NCBI GenBank assembly: GCA_965243025.1
Contig: CBDETY010000003.1
Coordinates: 5,760,001 to 5,824,000 of the forward strand
Direction: 5' to 3'
Length of the DNA stretch: 64,000 bases
Origin: Candidatus Latescibacterota bacterium
GTDB taxonomy: Bacteria > Latescibacterota > UBA2968 > UBA8231
How positions within the stretch are numbered: the stretch's first letter is position 1; each line of letters opens with the position of its first letter. Below the pieces are notes generated by a model, which saw only the letters and a program-made list of their open reading frames with translations, ran no database searches and had not been told where the DNA came from. Made by a program: the position numbers and the translations under genes. Of this stretch, positions 1 to 10,857 are shown piece by piece.

Positions 1-1
1 C

Positions 2-475
2 GAAGCCAGTCTGTTGACGCACACTTATGTGCGGGAAGACAGGCTGCAGCTTTTCGGCTTTTCCGACCCCGAAGAAAGAGAGATGTTTCAACTTCTGATC
101 GGGGTCGCGGGAATCGGGCCGAATTCCGCGCAGACGATTCTGTCAGGCATGTCGGTTGCCGAGCTGAAATCCGCCATCTTCGAAGAGAGGGTATCCGACC
201 TGACGAGGGTACGCGGTATCGGCCGAAAAACCGCCGATCGCGTCGTGGTCGACCTGCGGGACAGGATCGATCCCGTCTCGAAGCGAACTCTCGATACCGA
301 AGGCGAGCCTGCGACCTCTACCTGGAACAGCAAGACAGAAGAGGCGGTCCTGGCACTGGCGGCTCTCGGTATTGCCACCGCTTCGGCCCGCAAGGCTGTT
401 GCGAGCGCAACGGAGAAAACCGGGGCCGACGTCACTCTTCAGGAGCTTATCAAGCTGGCTCTGAACGAGCGCTGA
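2..475 (+). CDS. ruvA: Holliday junction branch migration protein RuvA (5' truncated by window edge)
   Basis: HTYVREDRLQLFGF, HhH motifs VAGIGPNSA and VRGIGRKTADR; frame open to the window start; directly upstream of ruvB. Confidence 0.96.
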   Translation, partial: EASLLTHTYVREDRLQLFGFSDPEEREMFQLLIGVAGIGPNSAQTILSGMSVAELKSAIFEERVSDLTRVRGIGRKTADRVVVDLRDRIDPVSKRTLDTEGEPATSTWNSKTEEAVLALAALGIATASARKAVASATEKTGADVTLQELIKLALNER

Positions 476-481
476 GCGCAG

Positions 482-1528
482 ATGAACGGAACAGATCCGA
501 ACCCGGTCGACCCCGTTATCCAGCAGGATGACATCGAGACCGATCTGACCCAGAGGCCAAAAACCCTGTCCGAGATGCTGGGGCAGGAGAAGGTGAAGGA
601 ACAGCTGCGTATCGCCATCCAGGCCACCTTGCACAGGGGAGAGGCAATGGACCACGTGCTCCTCTACGGTCCTCCAGGCCTCGGCAAGACGACGCTGGCA
701 CAGGTAATCGCAAACGAACTCGGTGTTCAGATCCACCAGACTTCCGGCCCTCTTCTCGAGCGTCCTGCCGACCTTACGGGCATACTTACCAATCTCGGAT
801 CCCGCGACGTCCTCTTCATCGACGAGGTCCACCGGGTGAATCGCACTGTGGAAGAGTATCTCTACTCGGCAATGGAAGATTTCCGTATCGACATCTTGAT
901 CGACCAAGGTCCGCGCGCCCGCTCGGTGCCGCTGCCGCTCGAGCGATTTACGCTGATTGGCGCGACGACCCGGCAGGGCCTTCTGACCTCCCCCATGCTG
1001 GCGCGGTTCGGAATCACGGAAACTCTGGATTTCTACACCGTTTCAGAGCTTGCCGCCATTGTCTGCAGGGACGCGCTGCTTTCCCACTTCGAGACTACCC
1101 CGGAAGGCGCCGAGGAGATCGCGCGGCGCTCTCGCGGCACCCCGCGAATCGCCAAGCGCTTGTTCAGGAGAGCTCGAGACTACGCGCTGGTGGAGGGAGA
1201 CGGAAAAATCGACGTCGAAATCGCAATGAGGTCCCTGGAGATCCTGAAAGTCGACTCCCTGGGACTTCAAGAGGCGGATATCAAGCTGCTGCAGGCGATC
1301 ATCGAAAAATTCGGAGGCGGCCCGGTCGGGATCAACAATCTCGCGGCGGTAATCGGCGAGGAGGAGGAGACAATAACGGAGGTGTACGAGCCGTACCTCC
1401 TCAAAGAGGGATTTCTCAAGCGAACGCCCAAGGGCCGCGTGGCGATGGGGCGTGCCTACGAACATCTGGGGAGGGTGCCGGAAGCGTCTGATTCCGGCTC
1501 TGACGACGACCAGATGCCTCTCCTCTGA
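482..1528 (+). CDS. ruvB: Holliday junction branch migration helicase RuvB
   Basis: DHVLLYGPPGLGKTTLA, VLFIDEVHR, YSAMEDF, RSRGTPRIA, VYEPYL. Confidence 0.98.
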   Translation: MNGTDPNPVDPVIQQDDIETDLTQRPKTLSEMLGQEKVKEQLRIAIQATLHRGEAMDHVLLYGPPGLGKTTLAQVIANELGVQIHQTSGPLLERPADLTGILTNLGSRDVLFIDEVHRVNRTVEEYLYSAMEDFRIDILIDQGPRARSVPLPLERFTLIGATTRQGLLTSPMLARFGITETLDFYTVSELAAIVCRDALLSHFETTPEGAEEIARRSRGTPRIAKRLFRRARDYALVEGDGKIDVEIAMRSLEILKVDSLGLQEADIKLLQAIIEKFGGGPVGINNLAAVIGEEEETITEVYEPYLLKEGFLKRTPKGRVAMGRAYEHLGRVPEASDSGSDDDQMPLL

Positions 1529-1556
1529 CAGCGGACACCGGCTCCAACCCCACGCG

Positions 1557-2261
1557 ATGCTGATTCTGGCGTTCGACACGGCAACCCCGGTCGCCAGCGT
1601 GGCGTTGCTCGACGAGGACCGGGTACTCGCAAGCCGTTACTTCGACATCGGCAACCAGCACTCCCCGACCCTGTTCGTCGAGATGTCCCGATTGTTCGAG
1701 GTCTCCGGCCGGAACTGGGGGGAGCTCGGTGCCGTGGCGACCACTACGGGCCCTGGCTCTTTCACCGGTCTGCGCATCGGTCTGAGCGCCGCCAAGGGAA
1801 TCTGCCTTGCCCGCCGCATTCAGCTGGTCGGCATCTCCACACTGGAAGCGCTCGCGGCGAGACTCCCGTACGCGCGGTTGCCAGTCTGGGCCTTGCTCGA
1901 TGCTCGCCGGGGCCAGGTGTACGCAGCCCCCTACGAAACCAAAAGCGGATACCCGGAAGTCCTGAGCGAACCGCGGACCCTCGCTCCCGGGATCCTGGTG
2001 GAGGAACTGGCCGGGACCGAGATCCTGTTTACCGGAAGCGGAGCGAGGGCGTACCGCGCTCTCCTGTCCGGCCTGGAAGGGGCCCACTTCGCCCCGGGCC
2101 AGATCGACAACCCTGACGCGGCAACCGTCGGCTGGTTGGGGCTTGCGAAGCTGGATCGCCGGGAGGTGCTCGAAGTCGATGCCGCCGAACCGGAGTACCT
2201 GCGGACCCCGGTGTTCGCCACCTCTCATCAGGGTCCCCCTTCAGGGAAACCAGGTGCCTGA
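1557..2261 (+). CDS. tsaB: tRNA threonylcarbamoyladenosine biosynthesis protein TsaB
   Basis: MLILAFDTAT, GPGSFTGLRIG, DARRGQVY, EPEYLR; start moved to ATG 1557. Confidence 0.95.
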   Translation: MLILAFDTATPVASVALLDEDRVLASRYFDIGNQHSPTLFVEMSRLFEVSGRNWGELGAVATTTGPGSFTGLRIGLSAAKGICLARRIQLVGISTLEALAARLPYARLPVWALLDARRGQVYAAPYETKSGYPEVLSEPRTLAPGILVEELAGTEILFTGSGARAYRALLSGLEGAHFAPGQIDNPDAATVGWLGLAKLDRREVLEVDAAEPEYLRTPVFATSHQGPPSGKPGA

Positions 2262-2748
2262 GCTTCGAGTCCAGGAGCTCGACACCGGATCCGCCTGCCT
2301 GGAGGGCGTCCTGGCGATCGAGAGACGGTCCTTTCGCGATCCCTGGACGCTTGCCGAATTTCAGCTCCTGGCCGAAGACCCCCGTGCGCTGAACGTCGGT
2401 TTGTGGCACGGCCGGCACCTTGTCGGATACGCAATGGGGTACGCCGAGGGAGCGGACTTCCACCTCGCGAGCCTGGCGGTCGAACCCTCCTGGCGCCGGC
2501 GCGGCCTCGCGACCCGGCTGCTCGAAAGCATCCTCGAGAAAGCCCGGCACCGGGGATGCAATGCCTGCCGGCTGGAAGTGCGCCCTTCCAACAAGGCGGC
2601 GCGGTCGCTGTATGAAAAACTCGGGTTCGTGGCCGCTGGAGAGATACCCCGGTTCTACACCGACCCGGAAGAGGCGGCCCTGCAACTGCGGGGACGAATC
2701 GGGATATCCGCGGCGGGGGAAGTTCACAGAGAGGCTGAAAACGCTTAG
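2254..2748 (+). CDS. rimI: Ribosomal-protein-alanine N-acetyltransferase (GNAT)
   Basis: IERRSFRDPW, LAVEPSWRRRGLA, LEVRPSNKAARSLYEKLGF; overlaps tsaB stop; GTG start inferred. Confidence 0.88.
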   Translation: MPELRVQELDTGSACLEGVLAIERRSFRDPWTLAEFQLLAEDPRALNVGLWHGRHLVGYAMGYAEGADFHLASLAVEPSWRRRGLATRLLESILEKARHRGCNACRLEVRPSNKAARSLYEKLGFVAAGEIPRFYTDPEEAALQLRGRIGISAAGEVHREAENA

Positions 2749-2831
2749 GTTTTTGTTTCTGGGGCGCCGGTCGTTCCGGCGCCGCCGGGGTTCAATCCCG
2801 GGATCAACCGGTACACAGGAGCGTGCAATCC

Positions 2832-3941
2832 ATGGCGGAAGTCGTCCTCAAGAACCTTCGCAAGGTCTTCGACAGGGAGGTCGTTGCGGTCGAAGACGCG
2901 AACATACGGATAAGCGACCGCGAGTTCGTGGTCCTCGTCGGCCCCTCCGGATGTGGAAAATCGACGATGCTGCGCATGGTTGCGGGCCTCGAGGAAATCA
3001 CCGAGGGCGAGATTTACATCGACGGTCTGCTCGTAAATGACATTCCGCCCAAAGACCGGGACATCGCCATGGTCTTTCAGAACTACGCCCTCTATCCGCA
3101 CATGACCGTCTACCAGAACATGGCCTTCGGCCTCAAGCTCCGTAAATATCCGAAGAAGGAGATCGAGGAAAGAGTTCGGGAGGCCGCCGATATCCTCGGG
3201 ATCGAGGAGTTGCTCGAACGCAAGCCAAAGGCGCTGTCCGGCGGCCAGCGGCAGCGAGTGGCGGTCGGCCGCGCCATCGTGCGCAAGCCCAAGGTATTCC
3301 TCTTCGACGAACCGCTTTCGAACCTCGATGCCAAACTGAGGGTTCAAATGCGCACCGAGATCAGCAAGCTTCACACCCGCCTTGAGGCGACCATGATCTA
3401 CGTGACGCACGACCAGACCGAGGCGATGACAATGGGGGACCGTATCGCCGTGATGAAGGACGGCCGCATTCAACAGATAGATACGCCGCTCCACCTCTAC
3501 GACCATCCTGTCAATCAGTTCGTCGGCGGTTTCATCGGCAGCCCCTCGATGAACTTCATCGAGGGCAGACTGGCGGCCAACGGGCAGGGGCTCATCTTCG
3601 ACGAGGGCAGCTTCCAGATTTCGCTTCCTGCGGAGTACAGCAACGGTCTCGGTGGCCACCGGGACAGGGAAGTGATCCTCGGGATCCGTCCCGAGGACAT
3701 CCACGACCCGCACACCATCGGGACGGGAAAACAGACCGAAGAGATTTCGGCGCGCGTGGAGGTAGTCGAACCGATGGGCAGCGAGGTATTCCTCTATGTC
3801 ACTACCGGGAAGTCCTCCTTCGTAGCCCGTGTCGACCCGCTTCATATTCCAGCTGTTGACCAGCAGGTTCCCCTTGCCGTAGAGGTCGATCGAGTCCACT
3901 TCTTCGATCGCGAAACCGAGGCCAGCCTCCTGATGAATTGA
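2832..3941 (+). CDS. Sugar ABC transporter ATP-binding subunit (MalK/UgpC/MsmX family), no permeases alongside
   Basis: GPSGCGKST, VFQNYALYPHM, LSGGQRQR, DEPLSNLDA, YVTHDQTEAM, C-terminal TOBE-like domain. Confidence 0.95.
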   Translation: MAEVVLKNLRKVFDREVVAVEDANIRISDREFVVLVGPSGCGKSTMLRMVAGLEEITEGEIYIDGLLVNDIPPKDRDIAMVFQNYALYPHMTVYQNMAFGLKLRKYPKKEIEERVREAADILGIEELLERKPKALSGGQRQRVAVGRAIVRKPKVFLFDEPLSNLDAKLRVQMRTEISKLHTRLEATMIYVTHDQTEAMTMGDRIAVMKDGRIQQIDTPLHLYDHPVNQFVGGFIGSPSMNFIEGRLAANGQGLIFDEGSFQISLPAEYSNGLGGHRDREVILGIRPEDIHDPHTIGTGKQTEEISARVEVVEPMGSEVFLYVTTGKSSFVARVDPLHIPAVDQQVPLAVEVDRVHFFDRETEASLLMN

Positions 3942-3960
3942 GGAGGCCGCCTGCCGGGCC

Positions 3961-5055
3961 TTGTCACTCCACCGCATCACCGGACAGCACAGCGCAAAAG
4001 CACAGATAGCAGTCTGGTTAACGGCTGATCGTCTGCCCCATACGGTTTTGGTCGCCGGCCGGGAGGGGGTTGGAAAGAGGGAGTTGGCGTTCGAACTCGC
4101 GCGCGCCATCAACTGCCAGGGCGCCGCCGATGCCTGCGGTGAATGCCCTTCCTGCCTCAAGATCGCTTCCCTGTCTCACAGGGACGTGCATGTGGCCTTG
4201 CCGCTGCCGGCCGGTTCGAACCGCAGCGACGAGGCGATGGCGGCGGCAATGCGCGAAGCGGCGCTCGAATATCTTGGAAATCATTCGAGCCTCAAGCACA
4301 GCAACTCGAACATTCCAAGGGACTACATCAGGCTGCTTCACCGGGAGATGTCCTACGCCCCGGCGGAGGGGCGCCGCCGCATCGGCATCATCTTCGAAGC
4401 GGATTGCATGCACCCGGCGGGAGCCAATTCCCTGCTCAAGATACTCGAGGAACCTCCGCGCCACGCAGTATTCATATTAGTATCGTCGGCCCCGCACCTT
4501 CTGCTGCCGACGGTGGTTTCGCGCTGCCAGCGGCTCGACCTGCGTCCGCTGAGTACGGCTGAGCTGTCCAGGCGCCTGCGGGATCGGGGAGTCGACCCGG
4601 ACCGCGCCGAGTTGGCGGCGCGCATCGGAGCCGGCAGTGTTCGTCGAGCCGACGAGGTTATTGACCAGGCGGGAGAATTCGAGGAGAGGCGCAATCGGGC
4701 GGAGCGCTTCCTGCGAGCGGGATTTCGACAGGAGGACGGAGCCTACTGGGCCGCACTCGAAGAGCTGGTTGCCCGCTCGGACCGCGGCCAGCTCGACAAC
4801 TTTCTCGAGATCTGCGGCGTTTACCTGAGAGACCTTTTCCTGACGGGGCAGGGCAGAGCGGTGAATGTCACCAACACCGACCGTATCCAATGGCTGCAAG
4901 GACAGGTCGAAATGCTGGACCTCCAGGCGCTGGAGGTGTGTGCCGAACGGCTCGACCGATCGTATGCCGATCTCCATGGCAATATCAACGTACAGCTGCT
5001 GCTCGCCGATTTCTGGCAAAGCCTGCGGCAGTGCGCCCGCCCTTCCCGGCGGTAG
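3961..5055 (+). CDS. holB: DNA polymerase III subunit delta-prime
   Basis: GREGVGK, Zn finger C-CGECPSC, ANSLLKILEEPP, LLPTVVSRCQ. Confidence 0.9.
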   Translation: MSLHRITGQHSAKAQIAVWLTADRLPHTVLVAGREGVGKRELAFELARAINCQGAADACGECPSCLKIASLSHRDVHVALPLPAGSNRSDEAMAAAMREAALEYLGNHSSLKHSNSNIPRDYIRLLHREMSYAPAEGRRRIGIIFEADCMHPAGANSLLKILEEPPRHAVFILVSSAPHLLLPTVVSRCQRLDLRPLSTAELSRRLRDRGVDPDRAELAARIGAGSVRRADEVIDQAGEFEERRNRAERFLRAGFRQEDGAYWAALEELVARSDRGQLDNFLEICGVYLRDLFLTGQGRAVNVTNTDRIQWLQGQVEMLDLQALEVCAERLDRSYADLHGNINVQLLLADFWQSLRQCARPSRR

Positions 5056-5214
5056 CGCCTGCTTCGGGCCATTTCCTCAATTCGTCCCGGTCCATCACCG
5101 CAAGGCGCCCCGCACGCTGCGTGTTTTCAACCAATTCCACAGGCCACCCCCCCGCGGGTCGGAAGCCTTGAATCTTTGGGCGGGTACCCGGACCGGGGCT
5201 GGCGGGGAGTATCG

Positions 5215-6090
5215 ATGAACAGACCCGCGGCCAGAAGGCGGTACGGCCAGCACTTTCTCGTAGACACCGGTGCCGCCAGGCGGATCGTCGAACTGGTGCA
5301 GCCCCGGGAGGGAGACCTCGTGTTGGAAGTGGGACCGGGGACCGGGGCGCTGACACGGGACCTTGTGAGACGCTTCGACCGGGTCGTCGCCGTGGAAATC
5401 GATCGCGACCTGGCGGCAGGCCTCTCCAGGTTGGAAGAAGAGCGATTTGCCCTCGTTACCGAGGATGTCCTCCAGACCGATTTCGCCGATCTGCTGCGAA
5501 GGGAAGGTCGCCGCAAGTTGTGCGTCGTCGGGAACCTGCCGTACAACATAACAGCGCCGTTCCTGTTCAAGCTGCGGGAAAACGCGCGTCTGGTCTCCTC
5601 CGCCGTTCTCACTCTGCAGCACGAGGTCGCACAGCGGCTCGTTGCGGATCCCGGGTCGAGGACTTACGGAGCGATCACCGTGATGCTGCACCTGTGGTGT
5701 CGCACCCGCACCGTGATGCAGCTGCCGCCGAACGCGTTCCGCCCCCGTCCGCAAGTGCAGTCCTGCGTCCTGCAGCTGGAATTCAGCGACCGGCCGCGTC
5801 TGGAATTGCTCAGCGAAGCGATGTTCGAAGGACTTGTGCGGGCGGCTTTCGGCCAGCGGCGCAAAATGCTGCGGAACGCCCTTCAACCATGGTGGACCTC
5901 GATGGGGGCCGGAGTGGAAAAACCACTGGCGGAGGTCGCCGGGATTGCCGGCATCGACCTCAGTCGGCGCGCCGAGGAGCTGGCACCTTCCGACTTCGCC
6001 GCCTTCAGCAACGCCGTCAAGCGGTGTGTCGACACCGGGGGCAGCCCTGTCGAACCGGGCTTGCCTGCAGCCCCGGCCGAAACCGGATGA
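5215..6090 (+). CDS. rsmA: 16S rRNA m6(2)A dimethyltransferase RsmA/KsgA
   Basis: YGQHFLVD, VLEVGPGTGALT, VVGNLPYNI, FRPRPQVQS, FGQRRKMLRN. Confidence 0.96.
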   Translation: MNRPAARRRYGQHFLVDTGAARRIVELVQPREGDLVLEVGPGTGALTRDLVRRFDRVVAVEIDRDLAAGLSRLEEERFALVTEDVLQTDFADLLRREGRRKLCVVGNLPYNITAPFLFKLRENARLVSSAVLTLQHEVAQRLVADPGSRTYGAITVMLHLWCRTRTVMQLPPNAFRPRPQVQSCVLQLEFSDRPRLELLSEAMFEGLVRAAFGQRRKMLRNALQPWWTSMGAGVEKPLAEVAGIAGIDLSRRAEELAPSDFAAFSNAVKRCVDTGGSPVEPGLPAAPAETG

Positions 6091-8036
6091 CGCTGTCTCC
6101 CGATCGGATGTACGGCGTGTTTCTCGCCTTGGTTCTGTTCCTGTCACCGGGAATCTGCTCGGCGGCCGAGACCTATAGCCTGTCGTTCAGCTCGTCAAGC
6201 GGGCGCATGAGCTGGAACCCCTCTTTCCCCGGGTGGAACTATTCGACTCCCGTCGCCTTTTCTGCCGCCGGCGATTCGACTTCGATGCTGCGTCTCTCCG
6301 CCTCGGCTTCGCTCGCGGCGAGCGTGTTCCCCCGCGACGGACGTCAGAACCTGCAGGAAAACGGGAGCCTCAGGTCCACGGTGAGCTACCCGATCCTCGG
6401 GCCCAAGGCGACGATAAACCTCAGCGGCTCGGTATCGAGCCGCAGCGCGGCACTTGTCAAGCAGAAGACGAGAAGCCAGTCGATCGGATTCGGCTTCGCG
6501 TATCAGCCGCTTGTCAAGTCCGACGGGCCGTTCCGCTCGATGCGGGTCCGTTTGACTCCCGGTTTTATCACGGCTCGCAAGGCGAGCCGCGCCAATCCCG
6601 ACAGTACGCTGGAGGAGCGAGGACTGCAGTACAACGCCTCTCTCAACATGTCGCCCGGCTGGGATATTGCGGAGAAGAAGCTCAGCACCTCGTTCGGTCT
6701 CAGCAAGCAGGACAACACCCTGAAGGGCAACAAGAACAAGAACGAGAGCATGAGATTCAGCACGGGGTACACCCTTCCGAAGGGGGTAAGGGCGAATTTT
6801 TCCGCCGGCGAGAGACGCTCTCAGCGAGGGTTGATCCGTCCGGTCTTCCTCGAAGAAAAAGTTGGAGATTTCGTTTCCAGGGATACCACGGAGCAGGCCG
6901 AGCTTTCGGAGACACTGAGCCGGAATTTCTCAACGAACCTCAAGGCGGAAGTCATGGGCTTCGATCTTTCCGGGAGGCAGAGCTGGAGCAGGTCGAAGAA
7001 CACCAACACCGCAAATGCTGACGATCACCCTCGCAACAACTTTTTTGCCAAGGACCGCGAGAGCGAACGGTGGGAGTACAAGGTGAGCGCCAAGGGGGAG
7101 CTGCCAGGCAATCTCGTCGGCAGCACGTCGGTCAACTACAAGACCAGCGACCTCCGCCGCCTCCCGGTTACGCTGGGCACCGGCCGCGTCCACCGGGACG
7201 TCACCGACGACAGCGACGACCGCGACCTGTATCTTCACGGCTACCTCGACTGGCAGCCCAGCGAGGATCACGGCATGACGCTTTCCGGGTCGTCGCGGGT
7301 GATCCGCAGCGACAATCCCGGCGAGCCGGAACAGGACCGGGATACTTTCAACAGGAGTGCTTCCCTGGGTTACCGGGGGAGGTTCGACAGCGACCTCAGG
7401 CTCAGCGCGAACCTCTCCTCGGGAGCCACCCATCGCGTCAACCTGCACTCGAGACGCTCCAGCCAGAACCAGCAAACCCGCGATCTGAGCTTCAGCGTCA
7501 ACCCGAGCTACGAGCGGCTGGAAACCAGGATCAGCCACACCTTTAATATTTCGGCGCGGAGGACTATCTTCGATTTCGACCGGCAGACCAACCGCAATCT
7601 CCTCGCACGCCGCAGCAATATCAGCCGCTCGTGGTCGATGTCGCACAGTCTGCAGCGTTCCGTAATTGAAAACCTCTCGCTCAGCGTAAACTACAGGTAC
7701 AAAGCCGACGACAGGGGTATCCTGCTCGTCGAAAAGTCTTCCCAGATCGTCGAAGAGGACAACGCCGATCACAGCGTGAGCGTCAGCACCCGCTACAAAC
7801 CGGGCACGGCGTTGTCGATTGGCACGAACTACCGATACGTCCTGGACCGGCAGTGGAAGTACGAGCCCGGCGGGGAAGAACGGGATTTGCAGCGCCGCAA
7901 TACACACCGAAACTTTGGCGTGAACGCGGAGTTCATTCCCCGCCCCGAAACCAGGATATCGGCGAGTTACAGTCGCTCGCGGCAGCTGAGCGGAATCTTC
8001 GAATCGGTAAGAGTTTTAATCAGTCGCCGCGTCTGA
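6087..8036 (+). CDS. Hypothetical exported protein, probable outer-membrane beta-barrel
   Basis: Signal peptide ([19 protein letters not shown]); Ser/Arg-rich alternating amphipathic strands throughout; ATGA overlap with rsmA stop. Confidence 0.6.
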   Translation: MTLSPDRMYGVFLALVLFLSPGICSAAETYSLSFSSSSGRMSWNPSFPGWNYSTPVAFSAAGDSTSMLRLSASASLAASVFPRDGRQNLQENGSLRSTVSYPILGPKATINLSGSVSSRSAALVKQKTRSQSIGFGFAYQPLVKSDGPFRSMRVRLTPGFITARKASRANPDSTLEERGLQYNASLNMSPGWDIAEKKLSTSFGLSKQDNTLKGNKNKNESMRFSTGYTLPKGVRANFSAGERRSQRGLIRPVFLEEKVGDFVSRDTTEQAELSETLSRNFSTNLKAEVMGFDLSGRQSWSRSKNTNTANADDHPRNNFFAKDRESERWEYKVSAKGELPGNLVGSTSVNYKTSDLRRLPVTLGTGRVHRDVTDDSDDRDLYLHGYLDWQPSEDHGMTLSGSSRVIRSDNPGEPEQDRDTFNRSASLGYRGRFDSDLRLSANLSSGATHRVNLHSRRSSQNQQTRDLSFSVNPSYERLETRISHTFNISARRTIFDFDRQTNRNLLARRSNISRSWSMSHSLQRSVIENLSLSVNYRYKADDRGILLVEKSSQIVEEDNADHSVSVSTRYKPGTALSIGTNYRYVLDRQWKYEPGGEERDLQRRNTHRNFGVNAEFIPRPETRISASYSRSRQLSGIFESVRVLISRRV

Positions 8037-8070
8037 GGCGTCGACTCGAAACCTCAGGGAGCTCGAACAA

Positions 8071-8994
8071 ATGCCGGGAATGCCGAAATCCGAATACATA
8101 TGGATGAACGGCCAGTGGGTCGCCTGGGACGATGCCGACATCCACGTCCTCTCTCACGTCGTCCATTACGGATCCAGTGTATTCGAGGGAATCCGCTGTT
8201 ACGCGACACAGAAGGGGGCGGCCGTATTCCGTTTGCAGGACCACGTCGATCGTCTCTACGACTCCGCCAAGATCTACCGCATGGAGATCCCGTACACGCG
8301 CGAGCAGTTCTGCGAGGCGATCCTGGAAACCATTCGACGCAACAAGCTCGACGCCTGCTATATCAGGCCCATCGTCTACCGCGGCTACGGTTCCTTGGGA
8401 GTCGACCCCTCCAGCTGTCCCGTAGACTCGGTGATCGCCGTCTGGGAGTGGGGGGAATACCTGGGGGAGGAGGCCCTGGCCAAGGGAGTTTCGGTCTGCA
8501 CCTCTTCCTGGAGCCGCATGGGGCCCAATACCTTTCCCTTTCTCGCCAAGGCGGGCGGCAACTACCTGAACTCGCAGCTCGTGCGCATGGAGGCGAACGA
8601 GAACGGCTATGACGAAGGGATCGTGCTCGGCCCGGACGGACTGGTAAGCGAGGGCAGCGGCGAGAACATCTTCGTCATCCGCGACGGACGGATTTACACG
8701 CCGGCTTCCAGCTACTCGATCCTTCCGGGAATCACCAGGCACACGGCGATCGCCATTGCGGGTGATCTCGGAATGGAAGTGGAGGAACGGGGGATTCCGC
8801 GGGAATTCCTGTACATAGCCGACGAGGTGTTTTTCACCGGGACAGCGGCGGAGATCTCTCCCATAAGAGCCATAGACAAGGTGCAGATCGGCGACGGCCG
8901 GCGCGGCCCGACAACAAAGAAGCTGCAGGACCTGTTTTTCGAAACCGTCAATGCAAGGACCGAGGACCGCCACCATTGGCTGACATTCGTGTAG
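8071..8994 (+). CDS. ilvE: Branched-chain amino acid aminotransferase
   Basis: [52 protein letters not shown]. Confidence 0.96.
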   Translation: MPGMPKSEYIWMNGQWVAWDDADIHVLSHVVHYGSSVFEGIRCYATQKGAAVFRLQDHVDRLYDSAKIYRMEIPYTREQFCEAILETIRRNKLDACYIRPIVYRGYGSLGVDPSSCPVDSVIAVWEWGEYLGEEALAKGVSVCTSSWSRMGPNTFPFLAKAGGNYLNSQLVRMEANENGYDEGIVLGPDGLVSEGSGENIFVIRDGRIYTPASSYSILPGITRHTAIAIAGDLGMEVEERGIPREFLYIADEVFFTGTAAEISPIRAIDKVQIGDGRRGPTTKKLQDLFFETVNARTEDRHHWLTFV

Positions 8995-9005
8995 AAAAAA
9001 GAGCT

Positions 9006-10856
9006 GTGAAATCACGCGCAAATCCCGCCGGGTTGCCCCTGTTCGCCGCGGTGCTGATCGGGTCTTCTGCGGTCTTCGGAGGCGACTGGGAGGAGGTGCA
9101 ACGGATCCTCTCAGGGACCCGGGATATCCTCGTCCTCGACGGTGTGGAAACGGCCCCGGTGCGCTCCCCGGGAACGGCGGCGCCGGAGTACGGAGACTGG
9201 CTGGTGCGCCATTTCCTGTCGGATCCGGAAAGCTTCAACCCGTTCACCTCGAGCGATGCCGGCGCTTCCAGCGTTCGGGACTACATCTTCGAATCGCTGC
9301 TTTCGCCACGACGGGAACCCCCATACGAGCTCGAAGGAATGATAGCGGAAGGTTACCCGGAGGTCGGCGACGATCACCTGAAGTACACCTTCGATATCCG
9401 CGGGGGGGTCCATTTCTCCGACGGAAAACCGCTGACCGCCGCCGACGTCCTCTTCAGCATGAAGGTGATCCAGCATCCGGAGGTGCTCGCCCCCCATCTG
9501 CGCCACTACTTCAACTCGGTCAGCGACGCCCGTATCGAAGGGGAATCCCGCATCTCGTTCTTCTGCAGGGAGCCGTACTTCCGCAACGACCTGATGCTGG
9601 GGGGCTTCAGCATCATCCCGAAGCATTTCTACGATTCCGGAGGCCTTCTCGATCGGGTCTCCATCAGCAGTCTGATCGACGGAACCTGGGATCAGGGGGA
9701 GCACGCCGGGTCGGCGCGGGAGTTCGCCCGGCGCTTCAACCGGGAATTCAACCGCGCCGTTCTCGGATCAGGGCCCTATATGGTGGAGGACTTCGAGCGC
9801 GACGTCGTCACCCAGCAGAAGGTCGTGCTCACCCGCAACCGGAACTACTGGGCCCGGGACAAGGGAATCGTTCCGGCATCGGGATTTGTGGACAAGATCG
9901 TCTTCAGGGTCATCAACAACACCGATGCCGCTTTCATCGAGCTGACCAACGGCAACCTCGACCTGTACCCTCTGCGGCCGCTGGAGTTCAAGGAGAAGAG
10001 CTGGACCGCCGAGTTCCAGCAGCGTTTCCTCAAGGTCATCCAGTACGGCGGGGGCTTCACCTACATCGGGTGGAACAACGCTCACCCCCTGTTTCGCGAC
10101 AGACGGGTGCGCCAGGCAATGAGCTTTCTCACCGACCGCCAGAGCATGATCGACAACCTGCTTTTCGGCCTGGGCGAGCCTGTGGCGGGACCCATCCACA
10201 AGTTCCGCCCCGAGTACAACCACGACCTCGAGCTCTACCCGTACGATCCCGAGCGCGCACTCGACCTGCTGGAGGAGGCCGGTTGGGGGGACGCGGACGG
10301 CGACGGCATCCTCGACAAGCTGATCGACGGCGAGAGGGTGCCGTTCGAATTCGAGTTCCTGGTCAACTCGGGCAACCAGACTCGCAAGGACATCGCCCTG
10401 ATCATGCAGAGCGAGCTTGGGGATATCGGCATCGACTGCCAGGTCCGCGAGCTCGACTGGTCGATCTTCCTGCAACGCGTCCGCAGCCGCGATTTCGCCG
10501 CCATGACGCTGGGATGGACGGGGTACGTGCGATTCCCACCCGACGGGTACCAGGTCTGGCACTCTTCCCAGGTCGAGAGCGGCTCCAACTATGTCGGATT
10601 CATCAATGCCGAAGTGGATGAGATTCTCGAGTCCTACCGGCGCGAGTTCGACCCGGAAAGGCGCATGGCGCTTTATCACCGATTCCAGGAGATCCTGCAT
10701 GAAGAACAGCCGTATACGTTCCTGTGGAAGGGAAGGAATGCACGCGCTTACAGCCGCCGATACCAGGGCGTCAACTGGTACCCGGGAGGAGACCGCTCGA
10801 GTATCGCCGAAAACTCGCTCGAGTGGTGGGTCAGCGCCGCGGACCGCCAGTACTGA
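9006..10856 (+). CDS. Peptide/nickel ABC transporter substrate-binding protein (family 5)
   Basis: Signal peptide, SDPESFNP, FSDGKPLTAADVLFS, GSGPY, FRDRRVRQAM, YDPERALDLLEEAGW; GTG start inferred. Confidence 0.9.
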   Translation: MKSRANPAGLPLFAAVLIGSSAVFGGDWEEVQRILSGTRDILVLDGVETAPVRSPGTAAPEYGDWLVRHFLSDPESFNPFTSSDAGASSVRDYIFESLLSPRREPPYELEGMIAEGYPEVGDDHLKYTFDIRGGVHFSDGKPLTAADVLFSMKVIQHPEVLAPHLRHYFNSVSDARIEGESRISFFCREPYFRNDLMLGGFSIIPKHFYDSGGLLDRVSISSLIDGTWDQGEHAGSAREFARRFNREFNRAVLGSGPYMVEDFERDVVTQQKVVLTRNRNYWARDKGIVPASGFVDKIVFRVINNTDAAFIELTNGNLDLYPLRPLEFKEKSWTAEFQQRFLKVIQYGGGFTYIGWNNAHPLFRDRRVRQAMSFLTDRQSMIDNLLFGLGEPVAGPIHKFRPEYNHDLELYPYDPERALDLLEEAGWGDADGDGILDKLIDGERVPFEFEFLVNSGNQTRKDIALIMQSELGDIGIDCQVRELDWSIFLQRVRSRDFAAMTLGWTGYVRFPPDGYQVWHSSQVESGSNYVGFINAEVDEILESYRREFDPERRMALYHRFQEILHEEQPYTFLWKGRNARAYSRRYQGVNWYPGGDRSSIAENSLEWWVSAADRQY

Positions 10857-10857
10857 G

